From Cytophagales bacterium (GTDB lineage Bacteria > Bacteroidota > Bacteroidia > Cytophagales > JAPOQI01), in assembly GCA_026710765.1 (NCBI GenBank), contig JAPOQI010000143.1:1-34476 (forward strand): DNA of 34,476 bases. The letters run 5' to 3'. The notes under the pieces were generated by a model. It had not been told where the DNA came from. It worked only from the letters and a program-made list of their open reading frames with translations, and made no database searches. Within the stretch, counting starts at the first letter, position 1; the number at the start of each line of letters is the position of its first letter. A program made the translations under genes and the position numbers. Below, in pieces: positions 8,869-17,800 of this stretch.

Positions 8869-11800
8869 ATGAAGGTCTTAATCAAAGCACGTTCGGGAAT
8901 CCCTTCTTCAGCCCCTCAGGGTAGGGCATCTATTATCCTCCTAGTTCTCCTCCTCGTCTTGGGAAAGACCGACCCCACAGACTTGAAAGCACAAAACCCA
9001 CCCGACCCACCACCCAAAACCACAAGCCTAAGGATGAATTTAGACGATACATCCTTGACCATAACTGAAAATTCTCATTCTGGAGCCTTCAAGATAAAGC
9101 CCTTCGGAGATCTAAGTACTTTGACCCCCCACCCCGACGGGTCTGCCATAAGCTGGCTGACTGAAAATTTCCCCGGCGTTTCCTTCCTAACCGTTTTGCC
9201 GGGCCTCACTGATCATGATAATGATCCTGCAACCCCGTCGATAATCCCCCAGGATGGGGGACGACTCGGGCTGGACTTTTCGGGGACAACTTATACCTTC
9301 CGCTTTAAAGAGACCACATCGGAGGGTAGGACATATACCCTCAGAGATGGTGATACGGCGGCTTCCACCATCATAGCGGAAGTTGATGTACCAATTCCAG
9401 GTACTGGAGAAGGGGATATTGCTGTAGAGACGGGAGATATTACAGCAGGGGGAGGCTATACTGCCCTCTATCTTAGTTTTGTTGGTAAGAAAAGAGTCGG
9501 AGAAGACCAATTGAAATTTTCTGTGAAATTTGACCCCAGCTTTGCGGGTGCAATAGATAATTCTAATTTTGATACCCAGAGACTGACAGCGATCAAGAAT
9601 ATTGTCAAGGCTTTCACCTATGAGGCACGAGATGAATTTGGCGCAGCACCCGCCTCCAGAAGAGTGGCCATTGAAGGCAATTTTAGTATAGATACGAGTG
9701 AAACTTACACCATCCGAACCAGTTCGGGTAGTCTGTCTTTGGTTACAATAACCCACCACAGGACCAATCTCCGACCTGTCTTTGGGGGATCTATTAATCC
9801 GTCTGCCTCACATAGCCTGGAGGAAGATGTCCCGACAGACTCAAGCTCACCTGATATCATGACCGAAAACGGACTTATTATCAAACAATATTTTGCAGAT
9901 AATGGCATCGTGGCGACGGCTCAAGACGACCAAAGCAGCACAGAAATTGGGATTCTTATCACCTTTGCCACCTCGGAAGCTGATTTTGGTGGGTCTGTGG
10001 GCGCCCAAAAGATTGGGCAGTGGGAATATAATGCCCTCGAAGGAGAGGGAACTGTGAAGGATGTATGGACAACTCTCCCAGAAATAGACATAGACCATGC
10101 CACAGACCCCAAGGCATTCTTGATGCTTCCCACAACGCTCATCAGATTTAAAAGATTCTTAAACGAGAATACAGGGACTCTCAGTGCTGTGACGGATCTT
10201 CCTCGGATAAGCTATGTGCTCTGGGATAGATCCGGAAGTTTTGCACGCCCCCGAGATCAAGTAACGGGTATAGTTTTGAAAAATGGCGAAGTATCTGCTG
10301 CGGAAGCTAAGGTGGAATTGGCAGTGGGGCCTACGTCCTCTTTGTCTGCCCCAGGCACGACTCGCACCGAGTATGTGCGGGTGATTCCCGTGGAAGACAG
10401 ACCTGTCCTCCAAGCCACATTGGATCCCGAGGCATCCGAGATTGATTTGGCTCCCGTGACAGAGGATGTAGCTAGCGATGACAATGCAGGAACCCAATTG
10501 AGTACCCTCTTGGGGATCACAGATGTAGATGCAGCTAATCACAACCCAGGAGATGATGATGAAAAGAGGCTTCGGGTGGATGTGGTGACCGATGCAGGTT
10601 TTGGGACATGGCAGTATCGGAATGATGCAGCAGACGAATGGACAGAGCCTAGTAGTCGGGTTGCAGCCCGTAGATACATAGACCTTGAGGGATATCTTCG
10701 CTTCCAACCCGATCCTAATAGGTTCACTACGGATACCTCCCCAGAAGTGCCTGTGATTTTTCTTCGGGCATGGGATGGAGATGAATCCTCTGTGGAAAGT
10801 ATAACGCTAAGAACTAGTGTTTCGCCCGTCAATGACCCGCCCTCTCTTATCCTGAATGAGTTTTATCGGGCAGGTGGTCTGGGTAGACAATCCCTGAAGG
10901 ATCATCTGAATTTGATAAGTCATTCAGGCAATGAATTGAGATTTAGGAGGACCCAGTCCCAAATAACAAACCAGCCCCTCGCCTTCACCTGGAGAGGACA
11001 AGCAAATCCTTACCCTACTACACTCAGTAGGAATGTACTTGAGTTTTCGCCCTTTGTGCTGAGCGGAGGTGTAGGAGAAGATGATCAAGGTGTGAACCTG
11101 GAAATAAGCTGGGAAGCCCTGACCTATGACAAAGACGGAAAAACAGAAACGGGCGGATCTAATCCCCTAAGCCAATCGGAAGCTCTTAAGCTCTTAGAGA
11201 TCGCATCCTTCCCGGCAGGTAGCTATCAAACCTTGGTACAAGGCTTTCAACAAGAGGCGGGAAAAACTTTCAGATATCATTACCACCCCACGGTGGAAGG
11301 GACATTTAAAATAAGTCTAAGTGCCGTGGATGTAGAAGATTCGAAGTATGGGTCGGGGTCTCTCCGATCTGATCCTTTTGAGATATATATGGAGGTTGTA
11401 GATGATCTACCCCCCACGGCACCTAGCAGTCTGAATACCGCAGCAACAGGGGTTTCTGTGAGTAGTCAAGACGCTAATTTTTTGTATTACTCTTTTGATG
11501 AATATATAGAGTTGGTGGATCCCTTGCCCACAGAGACCGTGAAGATATATGAATTTGATCCCGTCAGCCAAACGGTGGGAGATGATCATATTTACAGTAT
11601 CCCATGGAATGAAATGGCATTGGAAGTGGATTCGGATCAGCCCAATCGCTTGAAACTGAATCTCGCCACAGTACGTGGGTCTCTCGTCAAGGGAACATCA
11701 TATCGGATTTATTTGCCCGCCTCCTTGGTCCAAGATCAGGCAGCGGCAAACAATGTTCTGAGGGTCCCGATTGGCGGAAGTGGGAGCAGTTCGGCAAACG

Positions 11801-14800
11801 CAAACTGGGATTTCAGCACGCAAGCCAATACGAGTTCTCCCAATCTCATACATCAAGAGCCCGAAGATGATGACACCGGGACGGCAGTAGGCGAACCCAT
11901 GGTCTTTGTCTATGACGAAGATATGGAACTGAATTTGGACGACAATGCAACCGCCTTCACCGTCACCCTGAAAAGAGGAGGCCAAACAGTTCATACACAG
12001 ACCTTTAAGGCCAAGGCCGACCATGTATACCTGGCTGTATTCAAAGATTCGGACTATAAAAAGTCCCAAGAAGGTAATGTGTTGACCCTGGATCCATTTC
12101 CCTTGAACGGTTCGGAGTACTATCCCGACAATACTCTCGTGGAGGTGGTGATAGAAGGGAATCTCATCAGAGGAAAGGGGGAGACCGATTACCTAAGTGG
12201 CAGCAGTCTGTCTTTTACAACGGGAACAAGACCCGTCCCTACGTTGCTGAGCCCGACGGAGTTTACAAGCGCCTACGATCATAGCGATCAAAGTACATAT
12301 ATCTCTGCCGTGCCCAGCTCAGGGAAATTGAAATTTCAATTTGTTTCTGAGGTGACCTTTCCCAGCGGACCTGGAGACGAGGAAGTTTCTGTTGTTCTTA
12401 TCAAAGCCATACCCAATCATAATTGCGGACAGGCGCCAGAAGAGACCAATCTAAACGATCTAAAAACAGTTTACGATTTGAAACGAGAGGATATGCAATC
12501 CGCGGCTGCCCAAGGTTATGAGACAATGGCTAACATAAAATTTGGCCTAGGATATTATAAAATAGAACTCCTGGAAGGGGCTGGCCTTGAACAAAATGGT
12601 GATGGAACTGCCCCGTTTGTTGCGGAAGGTTGTATCTCCGCGGGGGATACAAGCCCACCCCAGGTGATTAGTTACAGCCCCGAACACTCGGGTACAGGTG
12701 TGGGCCTCACGCCTACGCTGAAAATAGAATTTGATGAACCCATTTCACTGGATGATCAGAGTGTCTTTTCACTGTATAAGGTGGAGGTCGGCGATGATAG
12801 CAAATTGTTGGCAGGAGACGATGCTCAGATTAGTATCACAAGGGATCCTGAAAATATTAGGTATATCCTTATAAATCTCAGCTCCCTGCAAACACCCCTA
12901 CATGGACTCAATGAATATTATGTCAACTATACCGAAGATTTTATAAGCGACTTCTCAAATAACAAGGTCGCTGCCCTGAGCGGTGATGCAAGTTGGCGAT
13001 TCACAACTCAAGCGGATACAAGCGCACCCTATGCTGTGGAGCTGAAATCTTCGGGCGGCTACGAAGGTGGGAATACATACGTCAGAACCCAAGGAGGTGC
13101 CCTCAGCTTTACACTGAAATTCTCTGAAAGACTAGTAAAATCGGGTACGACAGGACATCTGGATGTAGTCCCTGATCCTGTTGTGAGTGGGAAAGATTTG
13201 GAGATCCCCTTAGCCCAAATAAACCTTTCTGATAGCGGGTATGAGCTGGAGTTCCTAATTACGCCTAGCACCCTGCTCCCATCCACCACCTATCGGATTA
13301 AATGGGCGAGTGGTGGGTTTCCTATTGAAGATCTATCACAGAATGAAATTGCTTTATCTAATCAGGATCAGGCTGCCCGTACTTTTACCACAGAAGGTGC
13401 TCCACCTACGCTTCCCGAACACGATCCAAATAATATTGGCACCTTCACCACAGATGATGAAAATCATCAGGTTCACGTTGTGAACCTGGAAAATGATATT
13501 AATCCCACTACCGAGAGGGTTTTTTCAGGGCTCAGCCACAGTTATGGACAGAGCCTCTATCTGGTCTGGTTTGATGATCCAGGTAAAGCCGCATCTTATA
13601 GTCCCTCCGACACAGATGGCTTCCTCCACCGAGGTGCCACATTTCCGACCATTGAAAATCTTGGCTTCCCTTCCGCACCTATTCCCATTTCGGAAAAATA
13701 TATGGGAATCTACCCCTTCTGGCTTCGTCAATACGGGAATCAGATAAAAGGACCTCCCATCAGGGTGGTGCTTGTCATCTTGGGTGGAGATGGGATAAAA
13801 TTGTGGCCCCTGAACAAACCAGAAAATGTCTTGGGCGCCGAAGAATATATACCCACCTCCGCAGCCCATACCCTGTCTTTTGACATGATCAGTGCCCCCG
13901 ATCTCCAAGTCCCTCCTCCTACGGAAACAGACCTCCCAAGTCCACACTATACCTTTAGAAGTTATGAATACGAAATTAGTTGGTCAGGCGTAGGCGTTAC
14001 TAGTACACAAGAAAACCGTCCGTATTCTACACAACGTACCTACATCATCTCCGATCCCGCCGAGATTGGATTGGACGAAAACACCAGATCAAAACAGGTG
14101 AAAGTAACTCTGGAGGTAGAAAATACGAGCACAGGAGATTCCTTTGAAGTAGAACGAGTCTTGAATGTCTCAAGTAACGAATCCTTTCCCATGCAACTCC
14201 AGATCAGAGATGATGCACAGGCAGATGGAACCGATGAGGCGGAGTATTTTTGTCTGGGCTCGGGAGAGCTACCCCTAAGGAACCATCTGGATGCACTGGC
14301 TCATGGCACAGATATTAGAAGTAGTATTGGTGGCTTGCTTGCCACCCGAGAAGGTAAATGGTATTTGGATTCAGATCTTGATGGACTGAATGCAGGGTCT
14401 TATGATTTCTCCCGTTTCTCCCGAGTGGGACAGGGTGTATGGTATCCCTCGGGCCTAGCCACCATCCGAGCCTATCTACCCCCTCGGGTTGTGGTGGAAA
14501 GCTTGGCAGGTGTGAAATATTGCTCCCAAGATCAGCAACCTCGATTTATTTCCCTTACCGTGGGCGGAACTGCACTCAGGTCTTCCTCCGACACAAACAG
14601 TGCCAATCGTCCTCAGGGTAAGGTGCAAGTATATACTTCGCCCACCGCAGATGGAACCCCTAGCACCTACCTAGAAGATCAGGCAGCCGAAGATTTTAGC
14701 TTTGTACCCAAAGATATTTTTGACGACTACCTGAGCAACAACCCCGCTGCCACTGAGGTCCACGTGACCATAGAATACGATAGCCATACCTCAGAAGATA

Positions 14801-17800
14801 CCAACAAATGCCACGCTTCCGGAAAGGCGACCTTCATTATTTATGCAAATCCCGCAGCCCCTAGCTTTGCCGACCGAACAGCTGATGGTATTTATTGTCA
14901 AGACAATACGCAAGTATCCCGAGTTATCACCGTGAATAATTCCCAAACAGGAGATATACTCTCCTGGTATACGGATAGGGGGCTGAGCCAGGGGTCTGTA
15001 TTGTACAATGGTACGGATAATACTTTTGATCCACCCAGTACCTCACCTGTTATGAGCACTGAAGACGGATACTTGAAGGTTCAGCGACACTATGCCACAA
15101 TCACCCGACACCGTAGCGAATTCTTTAATGGATGTGTGGGGGAATATAGCTTCATAGATACTAAAATCGCAGCAAAACCCAAATTGACAGAATCTCTATT
15201 TGAATTAGATGGAGAAGAATTGGGGACCCCAATTTGTATTGACTTAGACGGTGTAGAATTGGGGTCTAATATCCTCAGTGAAGCTGAGGACAAACTTAGA
15301 TATAATTCGGGAAAACTAATACTTAGATATAAGTTCCCCGAAATAGAAAATTATATCGGCTCAACCCGACCCGCAGGGAGTGATGACGATAATTTTGATG
15401 ATGAAGATCGGCGAGCCGGCCTCGGACTGAGTCGAAATTACGAAGATGCCTACGAAGAAGCCTTTGGCCCCCACGGTCAGGAAGAAGAAGTGGATAAAGG
15501 ACAAAATCCCGCTGCCGAGATCCCTAAGAGAAACCTCAACATACTCAGCCTCCTCCAACTCTTCGGAGAAGCTGAGAAAAGTGCATACTCCCTCATTACC
15601 CAACTGGACAAAGAAGATTTTGGGGATACTAGTGCCATTCCCCGTACCCCAAATGATTTGAATAGAAGGTATAATCTGAATTTATTGATAGAGGTAGAAG
15701 ACGAACTAGATGATGGAACCCTTTGTTCCAATGAATTGCAAGTCTCCAGGGCTATTCAAATTAACCCCTTACCCAGATTGCAAATAGAAAGTTTTGAAAC
15801 CCGTTATTGCTCCGATTCTCCACCCGTCGCCCTGAGCGTCTCCATTGACTCGCGATTGGGAACGATTGAAAGAAGAAGTCCATGGACAAATGCGCAAGGG
15901 TGGGGAAGCTTTACCCTAATCCATCTCCCTGCCTCAGAACATGAAATAGAAATACCTTTCTCCACAGTATTTAGAACCACTCTGGATATAGATGCGGTCA
16001 TTGTGCAAACCCGTGCCTTAACTACGCCACCCTTGGCCCAAGATTTTTCAACTGCCCATTATCGGATCGTTTATGAAAATGATGCGGGTCAGGCCCGAAC
16101 AGATTGTCTGAATGAGATAAGTCAGGATTTCTCCATCCTGGGCCCTCCACCCTCCCCTGAGGTCGTTCATAATAACCCCAATGGAACCCTGTATTGCCAA
16201 GGAGCAAGTCGGGTGCACAGGCTCAATGTGGATAAAGACCTGAACGATGATGGAACAGAAGATGCAAATAGAAGAGGTAGATACACCTGGTATGCAGCCC
16301 TGGCCGGGGATCCCACAAAAGCAGATAAATCTGCATCCCTCTCCACAGAAGACCTCTTCCAACCCCCCATTGCCCTGGCTACAGCCGTAGCCGGAAATAA
16401 TGTGGCAGAACATTATTTCCACGTTATCTTTACCAGAGATGCAGATAATAATGGATTCGCAGGATGTGAAAGTGAATCCACACAGATTAAGATAGAAGTC
16501 GTGGGAAGACCCGAAATAGAAATAGCAGCACCCGCTGGAATATGTGTCGGCACCATCGGAGGAAATGGAAACGATAGAACCCGAGAAGAAAATGTCCAAA
16601 ATAATGTGGAACTCTACGCGATCAGAACCCTAGATGGAAGCTATCAAGCTACCGGAATAGGTCTTGCCCGAAGCCAAGAAACAGGGCTTTCGGGGAATGT
16701 CTCCGGACATAGTAGCCGAGAAAAAATTGCCACATTGAGATTTAGCCCCCTCCTGAGTGTGCGGGAATCCCAAAGAAATTCCAGCCTGCAAGTAAATGGA
16801 CTATTCCCTACCCAAAGCCGAAACATAGAATTTACCTATACAAACCGATATTCCGTGGGGCCTTATAATGTCTCTTGTTCTTCCGAGGATAGACAAACCC
16901 TATCTATCTATCAACTTCCTGTACTGAGTATAAGCGGCCCCGCGGATGTATTCACGACAGGCACGGGTGAAGAGCTTGAAGTCTGTGCAGATCGAGCTGA
17001 GTTCACCGTCACAGGTGCTCCCAGCCTGGGAGATGGAAATAGACAAATGATTGTGGATGCCTCAGGTGCCTCGGGTTTGCAAACTACCACCAATACAGCC
17101 CTATTTAGACCCGATGTCCTCCGAGCCTCGGATGCGGGAGTAAATCTTTCAACCGAAGAGAAAAATGTGCTGAAAGCACAGACAAGAGCCTACACCTCCC
17201 GAGCCGAATCTCAATATTATGTCTTTGCCCCAGAAAGCGAACATAAAATTACCTACCTCTATGAAGACCCACAAGGATGTACCAATTTTATCACCAAAAC
17301 CATAAAGGTGAACTCACTTCCCCTGGTCTCCATAGGAACCGAATTTGCCTGTCAGGAAGATGATGTCCTCATAACACCCTTACTGAGAAATAGACAAGAA
17401 TTGGGGCAAAGCGGATACGTATCCAAATATGAATGGGATTTTGGAGATAATATGCAAAAGACAGTCCTCCTCGGGCAAGGCGAAACCGCATCCGTACAAC
17501 ATTTCTATCAGGAGTCTGGAGTCTATAAGATTGCCGTAAGTGCCGAAACAAACGAAGGATGTCGCGGCGCATCTGAGCGGAATCTTACCCTAGGGCAAAT
17601 TCCAAATCCCCAACTCTATTGGTCAGGAATTGTGGAGGGAAAACCTACTTATTTTCATATCCGTGACGGAAATGCCACAGACGAACAAGCTGTCCTACGG
17701 ACCAAAAGTATTGTCCTGGAAATCAGAAAAGAAGGAAAAGCATTGGAAGGATTTCGGGTAGAACGTACCCGAGTGGATACCAATGGAGACCAACGAATTA

